DNA of 64,000 nt, from contig MU061579.1 in assembly GCA_013265495.1 (NCBI GenBank), positions 606,872 to 670,871 of the forward strand. The letters are read 5' to 3'. Numbering within the stretch: the stretch's first letter is position 1; the number at the start of each line of letters is the position of its first letter. The position numbers and the translations under genes were made by a program. This DNA is from Vicugna vicugna. Taxonomy: Eukaryota. The notes beneath the pieces were generated by a model that was given only the letters and a program-made list of their open reading frames with translations, had not been told where the DNA came from and ran no database searches. This document shows positions 1-12,016 of this stretch, piece after piece.

Positions 1-869
1 AGAGCTCCAGCCAGTCCACCTGAATGGCTGAATTCACATTTATTAGATGCTTCTGTCTCTTTGTCTCTAGGGGCATCCAAGCCAGAGTCCTCGTGACTGC
101 TTAACAATGCTTCCTCTGGACTTAGAGTTTCAACATTCCTTTGAAATGCTGATTTGTTTTCAATCTATTCTTCTAATCTAATTCTTCTAAATTTTAACAT
201 TACATCTGTCAACGAAAGCAAAGGAATTATTATTAGATTATTTAAATAAAAATTCAAAAGTATAAACTTTGAAATGATTTCAAAGATCCGTTTGAAAATT
301 AGAGTTGCTTTTTTAATCCATTTTTTTGGTTTTCTATGTTTGATTTTTCCTTTTTTGTTGTTAACAATGTCTTTGAAATTTTCCAAGATATCAGTATTAA
401 AAATCTTAATCAGGTATTCTGAATAACTCCTTCAATGATAAAAAAAAAGTCATACTCACTGATGTAAGCACATTTTTCTCATTAAAATTTTAAGTATTTT
501 ATTTTAAAATTTATAGCAAATATTGTTATATTTCTCAAAACTGGATTTGTTTTCTTAGAAAATGAAATGAGTCTTTTCAACAAGCCTCTTATAAATGAAA
601 GTTCCCAAATCCAGTCTACCCCATTGTGACAAGTAAATTTTATTATTTTCTATATATGGCACAATGTAAACAATGCTGAGAAGCCCTGACTTAAAGAATT
701 TACAGAGGCTTCTGGTCTCTGGGCTTAGAACTTGTGATCACTGAATACTTGTGTATCCATTGGCAGAAAAGATCACGTAAAAAATACAGCCAATCCATAC
801 TGACGTAACTTCGTGAGAGTTACACAGTGCAGGCATAATCTTGAAAATCACCTCTAAACTCTTTTTAAA

Positions 870-921
870 TAGATAAGAGATAGATAGAATGAAGAACAGA
901 TAGATAGATGGTAGACAGATA
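870..921. repeat. degenerate (TAGA)n microsatellite
   Basis: tagataagagatagatagaat...tagatagatggtagacagata. Confidence 0.7.
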
Positions 922-1224
922 AAGAAAAAAAGAAAGAGGAGGTATATTCTCCTATATAGGTATATTCTCAATAAATGTTCATATGCCACAGTTTCATTTT
1001 TCTATTTTCTGGAATTCAAGTATTTGAGGACATGCTGCCCTCTGCACCAGCACCCTCCCCAAAATACCAACCCAGCTAGCACGATTCACCCCTTATGATG
1101 ACATCTATCAGCCAGTTATTTCACTTTATTTTATAATGTGGAAATTTGTAGCTAATTATATTGTTATCTTCTATAGCCAAATAGACTCCACATGGCCTCT
1201 AACCCAAATATTGGCTCTCCAGTT

Positions 1225-1262
1225 GAAAGAAGAAAGAAAGAAAGAAAGAAAAAGAAAAAGAG
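1225..1262. repeat. (GAAA)n microsatellite
   Basis: gaaagaagaaagaaagaaagaaagaaaaagaaaaagag. Confidence 0.85.
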
Positions 1263-2170
1263 GTTAAAAGAAGCTTTAAGCATTCCTAGTAGCACAGCCC
1301 ACTCCACCGTTCAGAAATCCAGTTTCTAAAAGAAGTAGTTTTGCATTTGCAGACATTTCTCTTGGTTTGTTGTCTACACAAGTATACATGGACTATGGAT
1401 GATGTAATGTCCAATAAAAGGAATAAATTTAGGGAAAATTTTTAGGCATCTTGACTTGTTGGTAGCAGAGAGATTTTCAATATGTGCATGTCTCCACTGC
1501 AACTTTCTGCTCCTTGATGTAAAGGTTGCCTTTTCTAACCTGTGCTTCAATCACTTTCTATGATGGTTTTGGGGCTACCTGTGTCCTGTACTGATGTGAT
1601 TGTATTGGTATCATTTTAAATGACAGGTTTCTAGTTTTTATAATTTGACTAAAGGTTTGCTTGTACAAAGAATTAGGTAAATAATAACTATATGAAAATT
1701 ATTAATTATGGTGTGAGCATGGAAAGTGGTAAAATGAGTAGATGTGATCTGTTTAATATTTCAGAGACTGAATCAGCTTTCAAGTTCATCTCTGTGGTAA
1801 GTTTAGTTACTTCAATCTTAAAATCCCTTACATATGATTAAGGTGCCAATGTGATTAAACACTTAAGCTTTGAATAGCCTCCGAAAAGATGATCGCAGAG
1901 GAATTATCTGTCCCTATGAGCAAATAAAATCTTTGATAATATCATCACCGATTCTGTTTACAATTAATCTGACTGACAGCTTAGAGCAGATGGGAGATGG
2001 AGGACCAAGGGGCTTCGTTACTTTAAAGGTTGTAAATTAATGCCCACAGCATTTAAAGAAATGGTGGTGATATATGAAAACAGGTTTCTATGGGGAAATC
2101 AACATCATTTTTACAATATGCATCATTTTGGGCCATTCTAATCTTCTGTAGTAGAGAGTAACCTTTGTTT

Positions 2171-2459
2171 TGTTGGAGGTTTACAGGGACATCATAACCT
2201 GGCCCACGGGGATGGCTGCAAGAACAAGAACGCCTGCAACAAGAAGGTTGCAACAATCAGCCACACCCCCTCCCTTGTTTTTTTGAATAAAAGGAGCCTG
2301 TATTCTGACTAGAGCAGAATGGTTCTCCAAGACCTTGATCTGCCATCCTTTCGGTCTGCTGGCTTTATGAATAAAGCCGCTATTCCTTGCCCCAACACCT
2401 CCTCTCCCGATTTATTGGCCTGTCATGCAGCAAGCAGAACGAGTTTGGACTTGGCAACA
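2171..2459 (+). mobile_element. short solo LTR, ERV1-like (289 bp)
   Basis: Inverted termini TGTTG...CAACA; AATAAA at 2370-2375 followed by a U5-like tail; 4-bp flanks gttt/attt (TSD, 1 mismatch); GC-richer than flanks. Confidence 0.8.
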
Positions 2460-3859
2460 ATTTCATTCCCTTTTTAGACAAAGAAACTGAAGCTGATAGA
2501 TGAAAAATTTTGCCAATTCATAGGCTATATTTTTATATTCTGAAAAAATAAGCCTAGAAGAAAAGCAAATATGAACAAGAAAATATCTTAATAAAATTCA
2601 AAAAATATATTTTTTTAATAATTCACCGCCATTTGGTGTATCACTACTTGACTTTGAAAAGCAAGAGATCTGTAAAGAATCAGTTAATGTGAAATTTTTC
2701 TTGCTAAAAGCATTTTGGTTATTGTCAAACAAAACAGGAGGGAGTAACTTGGGCCACTTGGAAAAGAACAGTTCAATAAACATCATTAATATATACTTTG
2801 AAAATAATTAAATCTAATGAATTTATCCATTTTTGAGCAAAGCCTAATATAGAGTATTTAGCTCAACTGTATTATTTAACCTATGATGAGAACTTTCTTT
2901 TTACTTATTAAATCTCACTGTAAATGTCTGTATCTCTGTGATGTGATGAAGAATCATAGTGAAAACTGTTTAGAAAAAGAGAAAAAGAAAATACACTTGC
3001 TCAGTGATAGCCCTTAGCTTTTCTTCCTTCAAATGTCCTGTCTACCTCTTACGACGTTTCTAACCAGGAAAGATCTCAACAGGTGAGCTGGCAATTATCA
3101 ATACTTAGGACCTATGGAATTAAGAGCAATATATTTCAGGAACAAACACAACCAGAATTTGTACCACACCACCTTTTTGGGGATAGGATTGCAGAATAGA
3201 GTATAAATTCAGCAGCTCAGACCCAAAATACATTTAGACCAACAATGATCCATTGGTCTAAAACATTTTACACAGGGGAGCTTTAAATGGGATGTAATCG
3301 TTTATTATCAGGGTAATTTATTTTTGCATGTCAATACCAGCCCACTAACTAATGTTGATTTTGCTTCACCTTCATATTTTCTTTGTCCTTGTTCTCTCAT
3401 TCACCCCTTTCTTCTCAGACCCATCTTTTTTTTTTTCTTTAATCTTCCTCTTCCTTTTTTTTTTTTTGAGATTTAAATCCAATTTGGAAAAAAAAGGAAG
3501 TATGTGAGATCAACAGAGAGTGACTGGAAGCATATGGCTTCAAAACTTTGACTATTAAATGCCCTTTTTGTGCAATGAATGTAGAATTTAAAAAGAAAAG
3601 ATAGCTGTTCAAATAATTAGATGTAACCAGAGAAAGCACTCTACCCCCATCCCTCTCTCCCCCTCTCCCTCTCTCATAGCCACCCTGTTATGTTTTTATC
3701 CATATTTTATCTACTGCTAACTGTAGGCTATTTATGAAGAATTGCTTAAAAACAAACCAAAGTCCGAATCTGAAGATAATTATTTTGATCATGGTTACAT
3801 TAGGATGGATTTTAATGCAATCAGTGCATTAATTTCATTATCGAGTACTGCAATAGAAG

Positions 3860-4010
3860 ACATAGCAATCTAGCCTGTCCTCCCTTATTTCACAGATAAA
3901 GATGGTGAAATCCAGAGAGGTTATGTATCTTTCCTGAGCACTGGTTTTCTAGTGAAATATCAAGTACTAACACCCAACTTTCCCATTGTCACCTGTCTAT
4001 ACTCTACCAT
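3860..4010 (-). mobile_element. MIR SINE fragment
   Basis: Resembles antisense MIR core: atttcacagataaagatggtgaaatccagagaggttatgt. Confidence 0.6.
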
Positions 4011-4129
4011 GTAACAATATTTTAAGGAAAGCATGCTAAATTCTTTCTCATGTATTAGTATGTCATAAAAGCATTTTTACATTCATTTAAAATAGTAAAT
4101 AATATTTTAATATTAAACCCCCATAGTAA

Positions 4130-4270
4130 CTTCAAAATCAACAATTCAACTGACACCACATTATCTCCCCTCAAAATCTACTAATATTTTCTTTTTTCTC
4201 TCTCTGATTTTGATTAATTATGGAGTGATTATCCCAATTTTCTAAGCAAGAAATCTAGGAATCATTTGAG
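4130..4270 (+). mobile_element. L2 LINE fragment (left half of an interrupted copy)
   Basis: cccaattttctaagcaagaaatctaggaatcatttga resembles L2 ...ttgctcaagccagaaacctaggagtcatccttga; appears to continue near 5320. Confidence 0.5.
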
Positions 4271-4278
4271 AGCTGAGG

Positions 4279-4830
4279 TTTTTTTTAAGTTAATTTTATT
4301 TTTTAACTTATTAATATATATTTTTATTGAAGTACAGTTAGTTTACAATGTGTCAATTTCTGGTGAACAGCACAGTACTTTAGTCACATACGAATATACG
4401 TATATTTGTTCTCATATTCTTCTTCACCATATGTTACAAGAAATTGGATATGGTTCCCTGTGCTATACAGTATAAACTAGTTGTTTATCTACTTTATATA
4501 CATTAGTGTCTGCAAATCTTGAACTCCCAATTTATCCCTTCCCATCTCCCAACCCCCCTGGTAATGATACGTTTTTGTGAGTCTGTTTCTGTTTTGTAAA
4601 TAAGTTCATTCATCTCTTTTTTTTTTTCTTAGATTCCATGTAAAAATGATCTTGTATTTTTTCTTTCTCTTTCTGGCTTACTTCACTTAGAATGACAGAT
4701 GACTGGATAAAGAAGCTGTAGTATATTTATACAATGGAATACTACTCAGCCATAAAAAATAATAAAATAATGCCATTTGCAGCAACGTGGATGAACCTGT
4801 AGAATGTCATTCTAAGTGAAGTAAGCCAGA
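4279..4830 (-). mobile_element. 5'-truncated young L1 with 5' inversion (twin priming)
   Basis: T-rich tail at 4279, antisense L1 3'UTR to 4697, then sense L1 sequence 4698-4830 (tacaatggaatactactcagccataaaaa...gccatttgcagcaac); 4672-4697 is the exact reverse complement of 4805-4830. Confidence 0.9.
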
Positions 4831-4865
4831 CAGAATTTTTTTTTAAGGCGAAATCTATACATGAG

Positions 4866-5219
4866 TGTAATGGTCTTTTTGACAACTTCAGTAGGCTAAG
4901 TTGCCAGTTATCTAACCCAACCTTAATCTAGTATTACTATAAAGATATCTTGTAGATGTGATTAAAATCAATAATCAGATGTCTTCAAGGAAGAGAGATT
5001 ATCCTAGATAATCTGCAGCTTCAGCCATGCTTGAGAGTTTCAGTTAGTCCTTCTTGACAGCCTGCCATAGAGAATTGTGTAAGTTAATTCCTTGCAATAG
5101 ATAAACAAAGATACAGATGTAGACACAGATACAGGGATAGGAAATATAGACAGATGATGATAGAGATAGAGATAAACTCCTACTTATTTTACCTCTCTGG
5201 ATGAACTCTGATTGATACT
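4866..5219 (+). mobile_element. MLT2-family (ERVL) solo LTR, internally deleted
   Basis: Starts tgtaatggt; MLT2-like motifs tgtagatgtgattaa, gattatcctagataatctg, ctcctact...tctctggatgaactctgattgatac; 5-bp flanks atgag/ctgag. Confidence 0.75.
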
Positions 5220-5319
5220 CTGAGCTTGAGTTTCAAGGTATCTGAGAACACTACCTGTAATTATATGTAACATTTGTGTGTGCTAACATGTGTGTGTTTA
5301 ATGAAGAAGGGGAGGATTT

Positions 5320-6065
5320 TAGAATCACTTGTGTAGATTCTTCCTTTTCATTTAGTCCCCACATCTAATTGGACAAAAAGGTACTTTCATGTCCAACTTC
5401 TTAAAATCATGTTAATCTATCTGCTTCGCTTATTCTCCACTGACTGCCTTATTTCATGCCTCCCTGATTTTTCTCTCAAACCATTGTAATAGTCTTGTTA
5501 ATGGGTTATCCAGTTCTAATTTCTTCTCCTTTGCATGCCACTCTCCACAATGGTGCTAGAGTGATCTTCTGAAAACTAGTCTCAATCAGTCAAGTGTTTC
5601 TAGTCACCCAAACTCCTTAAATGTAAGAACAAGGCTAAGACCTGATAATTCCAATTTTCTAACTTCAGTTACTATCAGTTTCCCATATGTTCTGGGGATC
5701 TTGCGTCTCTGAGCCCATTTAAAATCCCTGAACTTGGCACAGATTTTAAAATACTTGTTTCTACTGCAAGAAAGTCCACCATTCTTGTACCACTTGTCTG
5801 AAAACTTTCCTTTCCTTTGACATTCAAGAAGATGGGAACTCTTTAAGATGTCTTCCCTGTCCTCTCCAGGCACAGTTAAAAACATCTTTCTTTCTGAGTC
5901 CATGTGTACATAATTGTACCATATCTGTTTGTCTTTATCTCTTTCTTATCTATCCGTCTATGTATCTAATCTGTGAATCTATGTAATTTTGGTTCTTTAA
6001 TTGAAATATGAGTATGTGAAGGGAGGGATCTTTTATTCCTCATCATAGTTCTAGATACCACTAGT
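5320..6065 (+). mobile_element. L2 LINE 3' region
   Basis: ccccacatctaat..., ccattgtaatagtcttgttaatggg, ctccacaatggtgctagagtgatctt match the L2 3' consensus pattern. Confidence 0.65.
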
Positions 6066-6445
6066 TTAATTTGTAGAATTTAGTGTCATCATTTTATTTT
6101 AAATGAAAATTATAGAAATAATTGCATTCTATCAGTATTTACATCAAATAAGATTTGGGGGTGTTTTGTGCCTACAATAATTTTTGAAACTGTGCTGCTC
6201 AGAGATTTGCCATAATTCACTGTGATGATTTCATGAATGGTGTTATATTTTTAGTGCTTTTTGTTAAATTGTTGGTTCATTGACATTTAAAGTTTGTATA
6301 CATAAGTCGTATACACCTTAAGAATTAGCCCCTTCTTTATCCCCAATTTGCCTCATATCTTTGAATGGGTACATATAATCCTACAGAAAATAAAGAAATA
6401 TACAAAGCAAATAAATAAAAGATAACCAAAAAAATCCATCCTAAA

Positions 6446-7238
6446 TGTGGGAACCCATGATTGGGTTAACAAATTTTAACAGACCCCAGCCGCTTGTCTC
6501 CTTAAAGAAGAGCAAATGTGCTTAGTAACTGCCTTGCTTGCATAGTTGAGGTTTTAGATAGCACTCTGCTCCTTGCAAAGCAAAGACCCAAGCCCTCGGC
6601 TATAAACACTGGGCGTGCCTGCTGTTAGACAGTCTTCTATCCCCAAAGCAAGGAACTGGCTGGGCTGGTGGTCTGCTTTAACATATCTATAAGAATGTAT
6701 CTTGCTCCCCTCTTCCCATGACTTCCCTAAAGGTAAACTGTAGGCCCCCAAGGGAACGAGTCTTGGGCCGGAATGGTAAACAAGTTATAAAAAGCTGCAG
6801 ACTCAGAGGTGAGAAGGCTGGTTAGCCAATGACAGGTAAGACCCCAGAGGGGGGCAACCTAAGACAGGCACAGCCCCCCGAGTCCAAGGAAAAGGTTAAG
6901 CAGCTTCTTCTCAGACGTTCCGCCCTGATAAGCTGTAAGGCTCGCTGATGCCAACACGAACATGACTTACCAAAGGATATAGGGTCTTCTGACCTTGAGC
7001 CAGACTCTGCAGTCTCGATCCCACCCTGTCTTTCCCTAAATTCCTGCATTCCATCACACAATTGTCAATGATTTCTCCTTTGATTGTACACAATAAATGT
7101 GGGGGCATTTGAGAGGTTCGTGGAGTTGGCTCCTGACTCCCTCTCGCACTCTTGACTTTTCCACAGAGTCTCGAGTAGTTCATTCCTACTCGGTGGGACT
7201 TCTGCTGGCCAGAAGCCACAACTGGTGATGAACCCACA
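6446..7238 (+). mobile_element. solo LTR, ERV2/ERVK-like (793 bp)
   Basis: Perfect inverted termini TGTGGG...CCCACA; AATAAA 7092-7097; TATA-like boxes ~6601 and ~6786; 6-bp flanks cctaaa/tctaag; sharp GC/CpG contrast with flanks. Confidence 0.8.
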
Positions 7239-7349
7239 TCTAAGTTTCTGAACTTTGTGACCTACTATTAGACCTGCCTTACTAGTTCTCAGTGTGCTGT
7301 GACTTCTCCCCCTTCCCTTGAATCATTGACAAAATCATACAATCTTGGC

Positions 7350-7445
7350 TAGATTATAAACTCTAAAAAGAGAGGAACTGTCAGTCTTACCGTAGCACAT
7401 TGTCTGGCACATGGTAGTTCATAAATACTTTCTAGACCTTAAATG
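7350..7445 (+). mobile_element. L2 3' terminal fragment
   Basis: agattataaactct...tagcacattgtctggcacatggtagttcataaatact. Confidence 0.55.
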
Positions 7446-7959
7446 AACGTATTTTGCTCTCACCATTTTTCTTTTATTTTTTCGTAACTCTTTATGACTC
7501 TATAGAATATTTGCTTTTATTTTTGTCATATTTTAATTGATTTAGAAATGTTTAACACCCTTCTACTACATGATTTCTAAAGTTTCTTTTAAAAATAATG
7601 TTTGTTAAAGTTCCACGTAAAGGGGTTTGAGGCAGTACATTAGGCAGTAATCCAGTTAGGCTGGCATATCCGACCATGACTGTTTTTCATTCAGTTTTTA
7701 GCTCTTCAAGGTGATTGTCTCCTTTTTATCATTCTACAAAGCATTTCTCTATGGGATAAAGTAAACACAAACTTTTGATAAATATATTATTATAAATTAG
7801 GCTCCAGAATTTCACATATTTTATTTTGGTTTAAATTTACATTCTTGAATATAATCAGAAAAATTTATCTATTTGATACATAAACATCAATTATATCTGT
7901 AAGTAGAGATTTGATTTATTTCCTTATCATATGCAAAATAATTCGTTCCTACCTTATAT

Positions 7960-8114
7960 ATTTTTTTAAAAATTTTAAGCTTTTTTGGGGGGAGGTAATT
8001 ATGTTTATTTATTTATTAATTTTAATTTTTTTTTTAATGGAGATACTGAGGATTGAACCCAGGACCTTGTGCATGCTAAGCATGTGCTCTACCACTGAGC
8101 TATGCCCTACCACC
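7960..8114 (-). mobile_element. tRNA-derived SINE (camelid Vic-type), full length
   Basis: Antisense pol III A/B boxes (ctctaccactgagcta; ggattgaaccc), ggggaggtaatt tail motif, T-tail; 14-bp TSD ttcctaccttatat (7946-7959) / tttctaccttatat (8115-8128). Confidence 0.9.
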
Positions 8115-8519
8115 TTTCTACCTTATATTTGACGGCAGGCTGTATTTTCCCTCAGAAGTTCTGACTGCTGGATAATTTCAACTTGTCCTTCTGATTGGTT
8201 GGTTGTTTTTTTGTTGTATGTTTTATGAGCGACATGCCAACTTATTTCAAAACGGCCTTCAGCCAGGATGAAAATCGATGAAACTCCTTCAAGTTTAAGG
8301 AGTCGCTTGTCCCTTTAATGCCATCTTGAGTCCTTTTTGCTGTGTGTGTCGAGATATAACTGAAAGATTCATCTCTGGAAAAAACTGTAGACTTTATATT
8401 TTGAAATGACAATTTCTAATACCAGCTAAATTATTATATTTTATAGCATAAAAATCTATAGAAATCTAAAAATGAACATATTCTTTGTCAATAAGAACAA
8501 GTCACATTTTGTCGGTAAG

Positions 8520-8710
8520 TTATACTTGGACACAAATCCTGGCCCCAGCATTTAGCAAATGATCTTGAACAGCTTAGGCTTCATTTTTTGAATGTCAGGT
8601 TCCTCGTATCTAAAGCGGGGCTTATAGTGCTAACCACCTCTAAGACCCCTGTGGGGTTTCTATTAAACAATCAAGTCAAGGACAGGCCCGTAGTAATTCA
8701 GTAATAAACA
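8520..8710 (+). mobile_element. MIR SINE
   Basis: caaatcctggccccagcatttagc...tcaggttcctcgtatctaaagcgggg resembles the MIR core. Confidence 0.6.
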
Positions 8711-8984
8711 ACTGTGTTCTAATTGCTAAATTAGTATATAAGCAATAATTTCCCCCATTCTTTTAAGGCAGTTTTAAAAATTGAACTCACTTATTCATTT
8801 ATCTTATTAGCATATTTTAAAACACATGTCAGGGTCAGGCACTTCTGCACTCTGATAATACAGCACTGTGGACAAACCTTTGATCTCTTAACACTTATTG
8901 TCTGCTGGGGAAAAAATATGTATCAGTGCAAGTCATTACGAGTAAATTTCAAAGCAATTTGGTTAATAATAAAATTACTATAAT

Positions 8985-9215
8985 ATACAATATACACTAT
9001 GTTCCCAGGCATTATTTCCAGCACTTACCTATATTAATTCATTTAATCTTCACAAGACTATCCCATTTATATTCTTATCATCCCATTTTAAGGTGAAAAA
9101 CATGAGGCAATGGAAGGTGAAGTAACTTGTTCATTGTCAAGCAGTCAATGTCTTGTAAAATTTGGGGACTCTTGATATTGTTTTCAAGCCCAACTCTTAA
9201 TTACTAAATAATTTT
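8985..9215 (-). mobile_element. MIR SINE
   Basis: attaattcatttaatcttcacaa...cccattttaaggtgaaaaacatgaggca...gtgaagtaacttg. Confidence 0.7.
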
Positions 9216-11064
9216 ATCTCATTGCATAAAAAAAAGGGGCTAAAAAAATGTTCAGAATGTCAAAACTATTTCTATGAACCATTGGTAAACTCACTGAGAA
9301 CCTCTCTCTATTAATCTGGCCACAGCAGTGTTACATAGTACAGACAGAAGATGGCTCAGGCCCATGTACCGTTCTCTAATTCTCTTCTGTATTAACAAGA
9401 AGTCAAAAATTATTAAAAACTAAACCAAACAGTTTTTGCTCTTTAACTATTTTTCAGTGAATTCTATAGAAAATGCACGAAAGTCCTATATACAACTTAT
9501 TAGTTGCTTAACTTCATAAACAAGAGACGTGACTATTACAATGAAAAAAAAAATCAACGTGACATGTGACCATCCTTGCAGGAGTGCAGCTGCAGTACGG
9601 TTGGGATAGTGGCTTTATTTCCTTCCCCAAAGGGGTTGATGATGCTTCTTTCCAATTGATTATGCATTACAAAATTTAACAAACCAGCCCTATTTCATTG
9701 TAGCTTCTCAAACTACAGTAATTGAATTTCTATTATCAGATTCTCTTGCAGAATCTCTGTGCAATAAAAGTTTGCTATAACAGAAATGTACTTATACTTT
9801 CTTGACTCCTAGAACACAGGGTACCATGATCAGTGTTAGACTGCTTCACAAGCTGAACAGATATAGATAGGAAGTGGATCATTTTTCCCTTTCCCTAAAT
9901 TGTTGCTTTGGAAAGGATAGAGAAATGGTTCTTTTTCTCCACCACTTCCATCCAAGGACCATGTTCTTAATGTAAAGGGGCAGAGAATAGAATAGTCCTT
10001 ACATATGTTTCCTCAGTAGGTTGAACAACTAAGACAAAAACCATCTGATCCTTTCTATGTCCTTTGCAGCCTCCTCTACCCCCACCACATATTTGTGAAG
10101 AGGTAAAAAGTTAGATGTTTCTGGCAGTCACATATTGAGAAGATTAAACAGAAAGTTTATTTAGCCTTCCTGGACTAGTCAGGACGCTACAATATATTAA
10201 TTAATCTATCTCCACATTATGGGGTATTAAAACTTACCCCATCTTTAATGAATTAGAGTATTTTTCATCAATTAGCAGTTGTCCTTAGGCTGTAAGCTTC
10301 TTTAGACATAAAATTCAGAAAGCAGGAGTTGTGAGAGCTTGGATTATCATAACTCTAATCTCTAACATCCAGTAACATTTAGAGGTTATATTCCTGAAAA
10401 CAGGCAGAGTGAGAAAGCAAGAGAAGTGAAAGAAGGTGAATAAACAGTAAGGATGAGGGTGCTAACCTTTACATTTACCTAAAAACACTTTGTATATTTT
10501 GCCGTATTAATCCTTACAGTTACTACATGAAACTCATTTCCAATCATCAGACCTCAGATCATGTAAGTAGGTAGCTAATAAGCAGCAAAAATTATATTTG
10601 AACTTAGCTCTTTCTTACTCTAAATCTTTTCAATACTCATGTTTCTTCAGTAAGGAAATCAAATAATTCTAGTTTCATTCCCAAACCCAAATATAACCAT
10701 GGGGCTGTCTCCAGGACACTATTACCATAAGACTTTATGTGGCTTCCAAAGAAATGATGTGATTCCACAGTTGACTCTGACAACGGATGATCCACAGTAT
10801 AGGGACAGTTTTCTTGTTTCCTGGAATTTCAAAGAAGAAATCCTGATAATAGTTTTATAGGTAAATAGGCTTCAATATACAATAAGAATGAGAATCTTCA
10901 GTTCAGTTTCTAAGGATGTAGAATTCTGGTCATATTTTTGATTCCATGCCCTGGAGTTGTGTTTGCAATAGAAAAGCCAAACCTGTTATCCTGGATTTGA
11001 AAACAGTCTCAAATTTATACTGGTACTAAATATCTAAGAGCCCCCTAGATAAGATATTTTGAAT

Positions 11065-11230
11065 CACAGAATTTTGTTATTGGAAGTAGATGAAGAATAA
11101 AATCAAACTCCCTCATTTGCAATGTGGACATTTAAAAATGCCTTATTAACTTGCCTAAAGTGACTAAAAAGTGAGGGACAGAGCTGGAGTCAGAATCCCG
11201 TTTTGGAATTCATGACTGCTCTACATCTTG
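11065..11230 (-). mobile_element. MIR-family SINE fragment
   Basis: ccctcatttgcaatgtgg...taacttgcctaaagtgac...cagagctggagtcagaatccc. Confidence 0.55.
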
Positions 11231-11914
11231 TAGACATTTTAGTCCCTTAATCAAGCATATTACTTCAGTTATTTAACAGTTTTCCATTTTTTAAAATATT
11301 TAATTATTTGTTTAATATTTTGTGTTATATATAAATAACAAAAAGAATATTAACTTGTATAAATAATTGGTCATTTTTAATGCAAATGTCTAACTTACAA
11401 ATAATATTGCAAATATCTTTGAAGAAAGCTTAGAACAACCCTAAGAACAAATTTTCAGACTCATCTTTAATCTGTGTTAAACAAATATGTTTTTGATTAT
11501 TCAAGACAATGAAAGAACGCCTTGGCCTTAGATTGCCAATCACAAATAAAACAAACAGGTATGTAAATACAGTAGAAACAAGTGACATTTAATGAAATCC
11601 TAATTTTTAACTTGTTAGGCAGTCTAACAAATTAAAATGAAAAATTTTCCTGAATGACTAGAGTTTTACACAAAACACTTGAAATTTTTGTTTTGATATG
11701 ACTGATCGTCCACCTTCTTTGGTATTTCCTGTCTTGAGTCAAATAAGACACACAGTGTCTAAGCAGACCTCTAGAATATAAATGGAACATATCACAAATT
11801 GTAGCATAGTGAGCCTCTTTTTAAATCTGAGACTGGTTCTCATGTGCAAGACATTCCCATGGGCAACATTGTCACACCTCAGTCCTTTTGTTCACGTTTG
11901 TGTTGCTGTTTCAA

Positions 11915-12016
11915 ATAAGGAACCGATTTGTGTCATGTTATCTTTACAGTCTCAGCACCTAGCACAGTATCTTGCATCGAATAGGTGTTCAACAGAACTA
12001 TTAAACTAACAAATGA
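11915..12016 (+). mobile_element. L2 3' terminal fragment
   Basis: tctcagcacctagcacagtatcttgcatcgaataggtgttcaaca. Confidence 0.65.

Noticed and set aside
7221..7240. Primer-binding site (tggtgatgaacccacatc) implying a provirus
   Set aside because: It matches no tRNA 3' end I know. The terminus CCCACA at 7238 mirrors TGTGGG, so this is inside the LTR, and no gag sequence follows.
7960..8114. tRNA gene (also at 19381-19499 and 31981-32052)
   Set aside because: The A/B boxes come with a SINE tail, poly(A) and TSDs, so these are tRNA-derived SINEs.
8245..8380. Minus-strand exon-like frame DESFSYISTHTAKRTQ...WLKAVLK*
   Set aside because: The acceptor is plausible but the frame is only ~43 codons with no recognisable homology; this is within chance expectation.
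10699..10860. 53-codon + strand ORF with a good Kozak context (MGLSPGHYYHK...)
   Set aside because: Short, with no promoter or homology support.
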